Positions 19,502-28,896 of a DNA stretch of 64,000 nucleotides are shown piece by piece; position 1 is the stretch's first letter, and each line of letters opens with the position of its first letter. Source of the DNA: an uncultured bacterium (GTDB taxonomy: Bacteria > Patescibacteriota > Minisyncoccia > UBA6257 > 2-01-FULL-56-20); contig OY970354.1 in assembly GCA_963718515.1 (NCBI GenBank), positions 174,363 through 238,362 of the forward strand, read 5' to 3'. A program made the translations under genes and the position numbers. Under the pieces are notes generated by a model. It had not been told where the DNA came from, ran no database searches, and was given only the letters and a program-made list of their open reading frames with translations.

Positions 19502-19942
19502 CTACCCGATCATGAAAAGGTTTTCCGCGAGCCGGTCGCCAAGGATGTTAAATGCGTGCAAGAGGGAATCTTGGTTGGAGATCATTCCTGTCCCGAGCCA
19601 ATAGTTGAGCCCATCCACGAGCAGGTGGACCGCGGAATAGTTCCTGTGGAACGGGTTTGTCGTGGGAACCTCGTTGATCAGCTTGTCGACCTCGGTTTTA
19701 TCGGTGAGGATGTTTATGATCGACCATACCGACATCCAGTTGTCGAGTTCGCGGGAGTCGATGATCGTCTGGATGAATTTTAGATCCACGGTGAGCCTGG
19801 CATTTTCCTCGCTCATCGACTCAAAAGATTTTACGCTGATCTCCGCGATCATTTCTTCCGCGATCTGCTCATTGGTGAGTTCGTGAACGGAGTGCTCCTT
19901 GCCCGCTTTTTTACCCTGTTGGTCCATGGATTCCTCCTTCAA
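19502..19942 (-). CDS. hypothetical protein
   Basis: 146-aa ORF with GGAGGA upstream of the internal M6. No family recognised. Confidence 0.4.
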   Translation of the reverse strand: MKEESMDQQGKKAGKEHSVHELTNEQIAEEMIAEISVKSFESMSEENARLTVDLKFIQTIIDSRELDNWMSVWSIINILTDKTEVDKLINEVPTTNPFHRNYSAVHLLVDGLNYWLGTGMISNQDSLLHAFNILGDRLAENLFMIG

Positions 19943-20019
19943 CCCTCTAAACTTATCTTACCACAAACAAAACACCCCATCCTGAAAGGGCGAGGTGTTT
20001 TGTTTGTCGGCGCTGTCGG

Positions 20020-20508
20020 TTAGAAAAGATGTACCAACCAGTTCCAAACCGCCATGAGGGGATTTGAAAGCTGGGCGCCGGCGTTTGCCGTCAAACTGCC
20101 GTTGTTGCCCACTGCCACTTGCGTAGGGACGGTGGCGCTATACGTCGTTGCGTCGGCATTCGAAGAAACGGTATGCTGGGGGTCGATGACTACACTTACG
20201 GTGTACGTCGTGCCGGCCTGCATGCCGAGTTGGGAATAGCTAACATAGGCATATTGGCAGTTTCCGGCCGTGATCGGCGCGGGCGCCGAAACGGTTGCGC
20301 TCTCGCTACCGACGGTTACGGCGACCGGCACTGCGGCCGAAAGCGTCTGGCCGCTGTTATTGCACACTGCTACACCGAACTGCTGGGGATTGCTCACTGC
20401 CTGCCCCAGCCCGCCGTTCATAAGGATGAATGTCGCCGCGAACGACGGCATCGCCGAAACAGCAAAAAGGGCCGAGAAGGATGCGAGGGAAATTAATATC
20501 TTTTTCAT
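20020..20508 (-). CDS. secreted hypothetical protein
   Basis: The start is chosen at MKKILISLASFSALFAVSAMPSFA (signal peptide). The mature part is Ala/Val/Ser-rich and beta-like. Confidence 0.45.
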   Translation of the reverse strand: MKKILISLASFSALFAVSAMPSFAATFILMNGGLGQAVSNPQQFGVAVCNNSGQTLSAAVPVAVTVGSESATVSAPAPITAGNCQYAYVSYSQLGMQAGTTYTVSVVIDPQHTVSSNADATTYSATVPTQVAVGNNGSLTANAGAQLSNPLMAVWNWLVHLF

Positions 20509-20636
20509 GAATAAATAATTGTTCACGACCTTTATCTGAGCGATAAGAGGATGGTACCACGTAACCACTTAATAGTCAATAGCACGGAAAACTGGGGGCA
20601 AATACCTCTTTTATGATACCACTATGATACCACGTC

Positions 20637-21914
20637 CTACAGTGCCGCGAACATCGCGATGGTTGCGGCCGCCATCAAAACGAACGTCGTCCACACGAAA
20701 ATGTTAGAAAGCGCGCCGCTTTTATATTCGCCCATGATCTTTTTACTGGCCGCCATCCGCGCGATGATAAAAATGAGTGGCACGGCGGCGATGCCGTTGA
20801 ACACTGCCGTGAACACGAGCGCTTTTATGGGATTGATACCCACAAAGTTGATCATGAGGCCGACGATCGTGGCGATCGTGATCACGCCGTAGAATCCGTG
20901 CGCGCGCTTGAGCTTTAAGTTAAGGCCCTCCTTCCAGTTGAGCGTTTCCGAGAGCGCATAGGATGCGGATGCGGAAAGCACGGGCACCGCGAGCAGGCCG
21001 AGGCCGATGATGCCGATTGCGAAAAGGCACTTTGCGATGAATCCGGCGTCGGGGAAGCTTTGCACGAGCGGCTCGAGCGCCTTTGCGCCGTCGGCCGCGC
21101 TCGCGATGTTCGTCACGCCGTGCGCGTTCAGCGCCGTCGCCGCGACGACGATGATGCACCACGTTGCGATCTCGGAGGAAAGCATGCCGATAAAATTATC
21201 CCACCGCAGGCGGCGCATGAAAGATTTTGTCGGCTTCGCCACGCCATCTTTTATGAGGCGTTGCTGTTTTTCTTCCTCCACTTCCTCCGACGCTTCCCAA
21301 AAGAACATGTAGGGCGAGATGGTTGTGCCGAGCACGCCCGTGATTATAAAGAGAAAAGCGAAGCTGAGTTGGATGTGCGGAAAAAATGTGGCGCGCAGTA
21401 TCGTTCCCCACGGCTCGCGGATAAGCAATACGGTGAGGGGATAAGAAAGGAGCACGAGCGCAAGCCACTTCAATATCTTTGCGTACGTTTTATATGACGC
21501 GAATATCTCAAGCGTCAAAATGAGTGCGGTAAAGAAGAGCGTGAGCACCACGAAGTTGACGGGGATGATGAGCTGTGCGGCCGCGCCCATCGCGCCGAGG
21601 TCCGCGCCGATGTTGATCGTGTTCGCGATGAGAATGAGCCCGAGCAGGCCGTACAATATCGTGCGGTTGTAATTCTCTTTGACGACGGCCGCGATGCCTT
21701 TGCCCGTTACCGCGCCGATCCGCGCACATGCTTCCTGGATCGCCACCATAAAGGGGAGCAAGTAGAGCGCCGTCCACAACTGCCCGTATCCGAACTGCGC
21801 GCCGGTCTGCGTGTACGTCGCGATCCCCGACGGATCATCATCCGCCGCGCCCGTGATAAGCCCCGGGCCTGCGAGCTTGAGAAGCTGTTTAGTCTTGCGA
21901 CCGAACTTTGCCAT
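20637..21914 (-). CDS. mntH: NRAMP-family divalent metal transporter
   Basis: 425 aa. The N-terminal GLITGAADDDPSGIATYTQTGAQFGYGQLW and 11 TM segments are typical of the Nramp/MntH family. Confidence 0.8.
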   Translation of the reverse strand: MAKFGRKTKQLLKLAGPGLITGAADDDPSGIATYTQTGAQFGYGQLWTALYLLPFMVAIQEACARIGAVTGKGIAAVVKENYNRTILYGLLGLILIANTINIGADLGAMGAAAQLIIPVNFVVLTLFFTALILTLEIFASYKTYAKILKWLALVLLSYPLTVLLIREPWGTILRATFFPHIQLSFAFLFIITGVLGTTISPYMFFWEASEEVEEEKQQRLIKDGVAKPTKSFMRRLRWDNFIGMLSSEIATWCIIVVAATALNAHGVTNIASAADGAKALEPLVQSFPDAGFIAKCLFAIGIIGLGLLAVPVLSASASYALSETLNWKEGLNLKLKRAHGFYGVITIATIVGLMINFVGINPIKALVFTAVFNGIAAVPLIFIIARMAASKKIMGEYKSGALSNIFVWTTFVLMAAATIAMFAAL

Positions 21915-21972
21915 AGGTCTATCTTACCATTGAAAAATTGTCCCACACTGCCTGCGGTGCTAAAATCATCGT

Positions 21973-22398
21973 ATGGAACCAGAACATAATCGTCCGAAAG
22001 TCGGCATTGGCGTCATGGTGTTCGAGAACGGGAAAGTCCTTCTGGGAAAGAGAAAGGGGTCTCATGGGCAAGGCGAATATGCATGGCCAGGAGGACATTT
22101 GGAATATATGGAATCTTTTGAGGATTGTGTTAAGCGTGAGGTTATGGAAGAGGCCGGAATCGAGATCACGGACATAAAATTTCTCCGGTTGCTGAATTTG
22201 AAAACATATGCGCCAAAGCACTATGTTGATATCGGGCTTATGGCCCAATGGAAGGCTGGCGAACCAAAGGTCATGGAGCCAGAAAAATGCGAGGGATGGG
22301 GATGGTACGACATGGACAGTCTCCCAAAGCCGCTCTTTGGGACTATAGAAAGCTATATTGAATCATACAAAACAGGCAGGAATTACTGGGACGCATAG
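21973..22398 (+). CDS. NUDIX hydrolase
   Basis: Nudix box GGHLEYMESFEDCVKREVMEEAGIEI. Confidence 0.8.
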   Translation: MEPEHNRPKVGIGVMVFENGKVLLGKRKGSHGQGEYAWPGGHLEYMESFEDCVKREVMEEAGIEITDIKFLRLLNLKTYAPKHYVDIGLMAQWKAGEPKVMEPEKCEGWGWYDMDSLPKPLFGTIESYIESYKTGRNYWDA

Positions 22399-22414
22399 GC
22401 GTTTTGCAGGGTAC

Positions 22415-22443
22415 TTGACAAATTTCCCAAGGTGGAGTACTAT
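22415..22443 (+). promoter_or_regulatory. sigma70-type promoter of the cold-shock gene (about 65-nt 5' UTR)
   Basis: TTGACA (22415-22420), a 17-nt spacer, then TACTAT (22438-22443). Confidence 0.5.
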
Positions 22444-22513
22444 TGTGGAGCATAAAGAAACGTCGTCGAACTTCTGAAGAAGCAACAATACTAATTAGCA
22501 TAGCATTACAATC

Positions 22514-22711
22514 ATGCAAGGAACTATCAAAACCCTTACGGATCGTGGATTTGGTTTTATCGCTCGCGATGGCGAAGCGAAAGACCTCTTTTTCCACTCC
22601 AAGGAGTTGAATGGTGTCGCATTTGATGATCTTAAAGTTGGCGATGTCGTCACTTTCGAGGTTACCGAAGGCGAAAAAGGCCCGGCCGCGACGAACGTCA
22701 GCCGCGCATAG
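22514..22711 (+). CDS. csp: cold-shock domain protein (CspA family)
   Basis: MQGTIKTLTDRGFGFIARDGEAKDLFFHSKEL... carries the RNP1/RNP2 motifs. Confidence 0.9.
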   Translation: MQGTIKTLTDRGFGFIARDGEAKDLFFHSKELNGVAFDDLKVGDVVTFEVTEGEKGPAATNVSRA

Positions 22712-22716
22712 TCACC

Positions 22717-22797
22717 AAAACAAAAACATCCTCTCACTTTTGACGGAAATGCCACCTAGGAAGGTGACCGCCAAAAGTGAGAGGGTGTTTTTGTTTT
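22717..22797. terminator. long hairpin after csp
   Basis: aaaacaaaaacatcctctcactttt / aaaagtgagagggtgtttttgtttt pair at 24 of 25 positions, with a 31-nt interior. Confidence 0.55.
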
Positions 22798-22865
22798 GCA
22801 TAGTGACAAAAGAAAAATCGCCCTAGCCGAGATGAGCGGCCGGGGCGATGGTTGGGAGTGAACTA

Positions 22866-23198
22866 TCACTCGATGTTGGTGCTGGGCTGGGTTTTCATGG
22901 AGAGAATGCCGAAGCAGATGTTGATCGTCCATGCCGGCCCGTCTTGCCGGTCAACGCCGACTTCATGCCAGGTTCCTTTTGGAACCCAGAGGAAAGGCCA
23001 CCACGTGTGGTAGGTCTTTATCCCATGACGGATCTCATAGATCCTACCCCACAACTTTATCGTGAGTTCCGATACGTTGTGATCATGAAGTGGGCTGCGG
23101 GCCGGGAGCATGAGATCGATTTTCCATCGGATTTTGCTGATTTCGATCATCCAGCGCAACCAGATGCTCTTTCTATAGTTTCCTGTCGTGATCGGCAT
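22866..23198 (-). CDS. cupin-like hypothetical protein
   Basis: 110 aa. HDHNVSE and WVPKGTWHEVGV resemble cupin motifs 1 and 2. The antisense ORF 22848-23216 is judged less likely. Confidence 0.35.
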   Translation of the reverse strand: MPITTGNYRKSIWLRWMIEISKIRWKIDLMLPARSPLHDHNVSELTIKLWGRIYEIRHGIKTYHTWWPFLWVPKGTWHEVGVDRQDGPAWTINICFGILSMKTQPSTNIE

Positions 23199-23287
23199 AG
23201 GCCGCTCCCTTCGTAGGATCGTCTTGCAGCCTTCACCATAAGACGTGCTTACCCAAAATGCAACCCGTGGCGTGATATGATAATGCT

Positions 23288-24310
23288 ATGGACACCCAAC
23301 GCTCGGAATCATATTTTCTTATCGGGATCATTTTGCTCACGGCGGCGCTCGTGGCGCTGATATTCCTGCCCGAGCTGAATGTGATCGTGCTCGGCATCAG
23401 CCTGGCGGTGCTATTCGAGCCGTGGTACGAAAAGGTGAAGTCGTGGCTTGGCGACAAGGGCGGCATCGCCGCGGCGGTAATAGTGCTGGTGGCGGTCGCC
23501 ATTATTCTTATCCCGCTCATCTTTTTTGGATTGCAGATATTTTTGGAGGCTCAGGGATTGTACGGCAGGATCGCTTCCGGTGGCAGTGTGCCGGTGATCG
23601 ATTGGCTTCGCTCCACGCTCCAGCACTTTTTCCCGTCGTTTAACCTTAACCTCAGCCTATACACCGAACAGATTCTCGGCATATTCATCAATAACATCGG
23701 GCCGATATTTTCCGGTTTGTTTGGCGTACTTGGCGCGGTCTTCCTTTCATTCTTCGGCCTTTATTATTTTTTGAAGGACGGCGATGCCCTGCACGCGGCG
23801 GTCGTAGCGCGCAGTCCGCTTTCTCGCGAGCACACGGACGAGATCCTCAGCACCTTGCGCTCGATGACGAGTTCGGTCGTGCGCGGATCGCTACTCGTGT
23901 CCGTGTTCTACGGCGTACTTACCGGGCTTGGTTTTTTTGTCTTTGGATTGCCGAGCGCGATATTGTGGGGCGGCGTGACGGTCGTTGCATCATTCATTCC
24001 TGTGTTCGGCGTTTTGCTCATCGTGGTGCCGGGGATCGTTTCGCTCGCGGCCGGCGGCCATATCGTCGCGGCGGTGGGCCTGACCGCGTGGCTAGCGGTG
24101 ATGTCGGGGGTGACGGAAAATTATCTGCGGCCGCACCTGATCGGGCGTAAGGCAAAGATCCATCCACTGCTTATGTTGTTCGCCGTGCTCGGCGGGCTGT
24201 CGTTCTTTGGCCCCATTGGGCTTCTGCTCGGCCCGCTCGCCCTCAGCTTATTGCTGACCCTGCTCGAGATCTATCCTTTATTCGTATTTGAGAACTTGGC
24301 AAGAAAGTAG
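23288..24310 (+). CDS. AI-2E family transporter (PerM/YhhT-like)
   Basis: 340 aa with 8 TM segments. YYFLKDGDAL and the C-terminal LLGPLALSLL pattern are typical. Confidence 0.75.
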   Translation: MDTQRSESYFLIGIILLTAALVALIFLPELNVIVLGISLAVLFEPWYEKVKSWLGDKGGIAAAVIVLVAVAIILIPLIFFGLQIFLEAQGLYGRIASGGSVPVIDWLRSTLQHFFPSFNLNLSLYTEQILGIFINNIGPIFSGLFGVLGAVFLSFFGLYYFLKDGDALHAAVVARSPLSREHTDEILSTLRSMTSSVVRGSLLVSVFYGVLTGLGFFVFGLPSAILWGGVTVVASFIPVFGVLLIVVPGIVSLAAGGHIVAAVGLTAWLAVMSGVTENYLRPHLIGRKAKIHPLLMLFAVLGGLSFFGPIGLLLGPLALSLLLTLLEIYPLFVFENLARK

Positions 24311-24789
24311 GAGAGCCCGCCGATCACGACGAGGATAAGGATGATGATGTCGGGATTCGAAATGAATGACGAGAGTCCGAGCACCGTTCCCCAGAGGAAG
24401 AGATACCAAATAAAATTCCCGGCGAGGGTAAGGACGAAGGTCATCCCGAGCGGCAATCCGATCCAGGCGCCGAGAAACGCGTTGAGGTAGGGAAAGTCGA
24501 TTATGCCGAGGAGTGCGAGCGACAGTTTTTCGCCATGAAGACCGAGTAACGTTTTCATTTTATCCGCCAGCTTTTCTATCCAATGGAAAAAACGCGTACC
24601 CCCGAGTTTCCTCTTTATATAACTGCCCAGCGTATAGCCCACATACATATCGAAGCAGGTCATACATATCCAAAGGACATTGATCTCCCAGATGGGAAAA
24701 TTGCGCTCGAGCGCGATCACAAAAACGATCGCGGTCGAAGCGAATTCCTGTGGTATCAATACCCCCGCGACGAGTATCCAGAGTGGCAT
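24271..24789 (-). CDS. membrane protein (COG2426 small export protein-like)
   Basis: 172 aa with 4-5 TM segments. The family assignment is weak. Confidence 0.4.
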   Translation of the reverse strand: MPLWILVAGVLIPQEFASTAIVFVIALERNFPIWEINVLWICMTCFDMYVGYTLGSYIKRKLGGTRFFHWIEKLADKMKTLLGLHGEKLSLALLGIIDFPYLNAFLGAWIGLPLGMTFVLTLAGNFIWYLFLWGTVLGLSSFISNPDIIILILVVIGGLSYFLAKFSNTNKG

Positions 24790-24847
24790 ACTATTATTGT
24801 AACAATGTTTTTGCGCATCTGTGGCGCGGTGATATAATGATGCTCAT

Positions 24848-25570
24848 ATGGCAAAGTTCAAGAACACGGCGGACAGTGTGCCAGGCATCCAGCCGGGTGA
24901 GACGATCACCGTAAGGGGCATTACGTACGAGCGGTACCCGATCAAAGTGCCGCGACTGATCAAATTTGGGGAAACACTGGAGGGCGCCATCAATGAATTT
25001 GTAAAACCGCACTATCGGGACGGCGACTGGGTGGCGATTTCGGAGAAGATCGTTTCCATCTCTCAGAATCTTGTGCGGCATATCTCTACGGTTAAGGTGG
25101 GATGGCTCGCCCGCTTCATCACGCTCGGCGTGAAGAAGCACAAGAACATGACCGCGTGGTCGCGCCCGGAAAAAATGCAGGTCGCGATCGAGATCGTCGG
25201 TGCGCCGCGGATGATCCTCGCCGCAGGGGTGGGCGCCGTGGGGAAGCTCGTCGGCAAGCGCGGCTGGTTCTGGATCGTCGCCGGACACCGCGTTTCCGAG
25301 ATCGACGGCTTCATCCCCGAGGATATGTATCCGTACACGGAGTGGGGTGTTTTGCCTCCGCCCGATCCGCAGGGTGATTGTGAAATGGTGGAGCGCACGA
25401 CCGGTATTCCCGCGGCGACGGCCGACGCGAACTATATTGATGTGCAGGTACTCGGCGTGAGCCGCGGCGTCGGCCTCGACCGCAAAACGGTGCGCGAGAT
25501 CTTGCTCGACAATCCGCTTGGGCAGGGGAACAAAATGACGCCGTTCGTGATCGTGCGAAAAATCTCATGA
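24848..25570 (+). CDS. F420-0:gamma-glutamyl ligase (CofE)-like domain protein
   Basis: 240 aa. DGDWVAISEKIVSISQN recalls the CofE motif. The stop overlaps the next start (ATGA). Confidence 0.45.
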   Translation: MAKFKNTADSVPGIQPGETITVRGITYERYPIKVPRLIKFGETLEGAINEFVKPHYRDGDWVAISEKIVSISQNLVRHISTVKVGWLARFITLGVKKHKNMTAWSRPEKMQVAIEIVGAPRMILAAGVGAVGKLVGKRGWFWIVAGHRVSEIDGFIPEDMYPYTEWGVLPPPDPQGDCEMVERTTGIPAATADANYIDVQVLGVSRGVGLDRKTVREILLDNPLGQGNKMTPFVIVRKIS

Positions 25571-26352
25571 GCCTCCGAAGCACGATAAAAAAGTATGTGG
25601 GCGTGCCATGGCCCGTACTCTATATATATCGCAAGCTGTACTATGCGCCCAAAGATATTCCGGCGGCGTTTGGATTTATTTTTCATTCTACAAAGTCGCC
25701 GACCAGCTTTTGGTCGCGCGGGCTATTGGTAAAAAAATTCTATCGTATTTCGTATTTTGTAGATTGCCCACACACGGAGCATGAGATGATTGCGATTGCG
25801 CGCCAGATCCTGGATCTCGGCGCGGATGTGCCGGGGGTGATTGTGGAAGCCGGGGCCTTCCATGGCGGGAGTACGGCCAAGCTAAGTTTGGTCGCCGCGC
25901 TATGCAATCGTCCCTTTGAAATATTCGATTCGTTCGCGGGGATGCCGGAAAACCGTGAGGAACATGGCAAGAGTATCTATGGCCGTGAGCACCACTTCCC
26001 AAAAGGAAGTCATGCGGTGGCGTTCGAAGAAGTGAGGGGTAATGTCGCGCGCTATGGCGACGCGGGCCGCACGCATTTTCACAAAGGATTTTTTAGCGAC
26101 ACGATGCCGCACTTCAAAGAGCCGGTCGCCGCGGCGTGCGTCAACGTCGACCTCGTGAAATCTACGCGCGACTGCTTCCACTATTTATATCCGTTGCTCT
26201 CGCGTGGCGGTATCATTGTCTCGCAGGATGCGCACTTTCCATGGATCATCGAGTTGTTCAACGATCCTGCATTTTGGGAAAAGGAGATCGGCATAAAAAA
26301 ACCGGTGATCGACGGGCTCGGCGTGTTGAAGTTTGTGACGGTCAAAAAATAG
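25567..26352 (+). CDS. TylF/MycF-like SAM-dependent O-methyltransferase
   Basis: VIVEAGAFHGGSTAKLSLVA...FDSFAGMPE...VDLVKSTRDCFHYLYPLLSRGGIIVSQD matches the macrocin-O-methyltransferase family pattern. Confidence 0.65.
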   Translation: MSLRSTIKKYVGVPWPVLYIYRKLYYAPKDIPAAFGFIFHSTKSPTSFWSRGLLVKKFYRISYFVDCPHTEHEMIAIARQILDLGADVPGVIVEAGAFHGGSTAKLSLVAALCNRPFEIFDSFAGMPENREEHGKSIYGREHHFPKGSHAVAFEEVRGNVARYGDAGRTHFHKGFFSDTMPHFKEPVAAACVNVDLVKSTRDCFHYLYPLLSRGGIIVSQDAHFPWIIELFNDPAFWEKEIGIKKPVIDGLGVLKFVTVKK

Positions 26353-26449
26353 GGGAACGGCGCGGGATGCGCGCCGTTATTTATTGACATACCCAACTCT
26401 TTTGGTTAATAGTATGGGTAGCACGGAATAACTTCCGGGAAGGAGCGGT

Positions 26450-27469
26450 ATGAATAAAACTGAATATGATCGCATGATGCAACGGCGGAGGGCGCTTCTT
26501 GAGCTTATGGAAGGCGACTTCGCTCCGCTCGAGACAGTGCCCGTGCCAGAATACGTCCAGTGCACGGAGTGGTTTCGGGATTTCAGCTTGGGCGAGATTC
26601 TTCTCACGATGGGACTTTGCTGTTTTCGGTTCAAGGGCCTTAGCGGCAAGGTCGTGGCGGCATTCAAGATCCTCCTCGAGGAAGAGGCGAATGGCTCTCT
26701 TGCCGATCGACCGATCCTCGTTGCGGCAACCTCAGGCAATTTTGGGTTTGCGATGGCAATCCTCCTCGTCTCCCTTTCTAAGGTGTTCGATGTGCGGGGA
26801 TTCATCGCCGTCGTCGAGTCAACTACCTCGAAGGGGAAGCTGGCGCATCTCCATCGGTCGGGCGCTCAGGTGCTTATCGCACCGGAGGGCATGACCGCCA
26901 TTGAGTACGCCGATATTGTCGGAAAACAGCCGGGACATCGCGCCATTAACCAGTATACTCACCCCGGCAATCTGCACGGACAGGAATGGGTCGCAAGGAA
27001 GATCTACCGCGAACTTGGGAACGAAGTTTCCATTTTTGCGGCGGCAGTAGGTTCGACCGCGTCGGTCGTGGGCGCACATACGTATCTTCGCCCGCTCGTA
27101 CCCCACCTCAAAGTGATCGGGATGGGGTCGATGTCCGAGGCGGAGAAAGTTCCGGGAAGTCGGACGGAAGAAGGGCTGAGAGTGACCGGGTTTGATTACC
27201 GGTCAGCGCTCGACTATCCGCTCATCACAAACGTTTCGAAGTGCGAAGCGTTTGCCGATAGCGATGGACTGATCAGCTCATCCATTTCCGGCGGAGCCAC
27301 TTCGGGTCTCGTGCGCGCTGGTTTCTATAAATTCCTCCGACAGGAATGTGAAGCCAATCGCCTCGATGTCTTAAGGAATCCGAATGGAGATATCGTTGCG
27401 GTGTTTCTCTTTATGGATATGTTCCTTCCGTACTCGATGGAATATGATCAGGTTCTGGGGACTGCCTAA
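26450..27469 (+). CDS. PLP-dependent enzyme, fold type II (cysteine synthase/threonine dehydratase-like)
   Basis: 339 aa. ATSGNFGFAMAIL, AAAVGSTASVVG (Gly-rich PLP phosphate loop) and the candidate Lys in GLSGKVVAAFK. Confidence 0.65.
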   Translation: MNKTEYDRMMQRRRALLELMEGDFAPLETVPVPEYVQCTEWFRDFSLGEILLTMGLCCFRFKGLSGKVVAAFKILLEEEANGSLADRPILVAATSGNFGFAMAILLVSLSKVFDVRGFIAVVESTTSKGKLAHLHRSGAQVLIAPEGMTAIEYADIVGKQPGHRAINQYTHPGNLHGQEWVARKIYRELGNEVSIFAAAVGSTASVVGAHTYLRPLVPHLKVIGMGSMSEAEKVPGSRTEEGLRVTGFDYRSALDYPLITNVSKCEAFADSDGLISSSISGGATSGLVRAGFYKFLRQECEANRLDVLRNPNGDIVAVFLFMDMFLPYSMEYDQVLGTA

Positions 27470-27561
27470 AAAGTGTTGTTCCTCCAGGACTTAGGCCGTT
27501 GCGCGTCCCTACGCGCACCGGCCTTTTTCTTTTTTTTGAATCGTTATATTATAGAGGAACT

Positions 27562-28362
27562 ATGAAAAACAACAGCGGCCAGGCAAATAAGGCGACGGTG
27601 TGGTTCATCGCGGGGTTTCTCGTGCTCGTCACGGCGGGAGTGATCATTGCGGGTGCGTACGGCAGTAGTTCGGAATCCGGCAATGCGAGCAGTACGTTCG
27701 TTTCGACGACCGCGCCCGCGATCGTCCCTACGGATTGGGCGGAGGGCAACCCGGCGGCAAAGGTGACGCTCATCGAGTATGGCGATTTCGAGTGCCCGGC
27801 GTGCGGAGAATATTTCCCATTGGTCCAGCAGTTGATCGCAAACTATAGCAGTACGGTGCTTTTTGTGTTCCGTAACTTCCCGCTGTATACGATCCACCCG
27901 TTCGCGGGGATCAGTGCGCAAGCGGCGGAGGCCGCGGGGTTGGAGGGCGGTGCTTCAAAATATTGGGCGATGCATGATATTTTGTATACCGATCAGACTG
28001 CATGGTCTACGAACTCGGCGCTTACCCCCGCGCAGGTGGTCAGCCAATACTTCAACGGATATGCGCAGTCGATAGGACTTAATGTGGCGCAGTTTGATAA
28101 TGATATCAACGCCACCTCGGTGATGGATAAAATACAGAATGACGTGGCCGGTGGCAATACTGCGCAGATCGATCACACGCCGACGTTCTTTGTGAACCTC
28201 CAGCAGATTCCGAATCCCACGAGCCTCTCGGATTTTGAAAATGTGCTGAACGATGCGATCGCATCGGCAACGCCGCCGGGGGCGCCGGGCGCAACTGCGG
28301 CACCGATGATCGTGGCCTCGACGAGCGCCCCCGTCATCATCACAACGTCCACGCCGAAATAA
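27562..28362 (+). CDS. DsbA-family thiol:disulfide oxidoreductase, membrane-anchored
   Basis: N-terminal TM helix and the thioredoxin motif LIEYGDFECPACGEYFP. Confidence 0.75.
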   Translation: MKNNSGQANKATVWFIAGFLVLVTAGVIIAGAYGSSSESGNASSTFVSTTAPAIVPTDWAEGNPAAKVTLIEYGDFECPACGEYFPLVQQLIANYSSTVLFVFRNFPLYTIHPFAGISAQAAEAAGLEGGASKYWAMHDILYTDQTAWSTNSALTPAQVVSQYFNGYAQSIGLNVAQFDNDINATSVMDKIQNDVAGGNTAQIDHTPTFFVNLQQIPNPTSLSDFENVLNDAIASATPPGAPGATAAPMIVASTSAPVIITTSTPK

Positions 28363-28390
28363 ATTGCCGCTGCGTTATTCTTCCCCGCTA

Positions 28391-28840
28391 TTATTCGCCG
28401 CCCCGCATCTCGCGGTGATGTGCGCGCTTTCTGATCGCCTCGCGCTTGTCGGATTTTTTCCGTGAGCGCCCAAGGCCGAGCTCGAGCTTTATCAACCCGC
28501 GCTTGAGGTACGCGCGCAGGGGAACGAGATGCCGGGATTTATCCACGAGCGCGCCCTGGAATTCTTTTATCTCCGCCTTGCTCAATAACAATCTCCGCGC
28601 GCGATCCTCTTCGTAATCGGCAGGCGTGTTGCCGGATTGATATGGCGGGATGTGCGAGTTCACGAGCCACGCCTCGCCGCCGCGGATGAGCACGTGCGCT
28701 CCCGCGATCTGAAGCCGGCCGCCTTTCGCGCTCTTCACTTCGTGCCCTTGCAGTTCGATGCCCGCCTCATACGATTCCGCGATCTCGTAATCAAAGCGCG
28801 CCCTGCGATTTTCGGCTATGATCTTTACTTCTGCGTCCAT
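28391..28840 (-). CDS. smpB: SsrA-binding protein SmpB
   Basis: IAENRRARFDYEIAESYEAGIELQGHEVKS...WLVNSHIPPYQ is canonical SmpB. Confidence 0.9.
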   Translation of the reverse strand: MDAEVKIIAENRRARFDYEIAESYEAGIELQGHEVKSAKGGRLQIAGAHVLIRGGEAWLVNSHIPPYQSGNTPADYEEDRARRLLLSKAEIKEFQGALVDKSRHLVPLRAYLKRGLIKLELGLGRSRKKSDKREAIRKRAHHREMRGGE

Positions 28841-28896
28841 TGTTTCATTTTACCTTAGTTGTCGGAAACTTATTTGTGTTATCGGAAAAAGAAAAA

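Noticed and set aside
15214-22772. Shared inner hairpin NNNN-TTCCTA-NNNN in the loops of two long terminators (15223-15236 gacg-ttccta-cgtc; 22751-22764, minus strand, cacc-ttccta-ggtg)
   Set aside because: There are only two instances, the shared part is a 6-mer, and nothing else in the loops aligns. Chance cannot be excluded without a genome-wide count.
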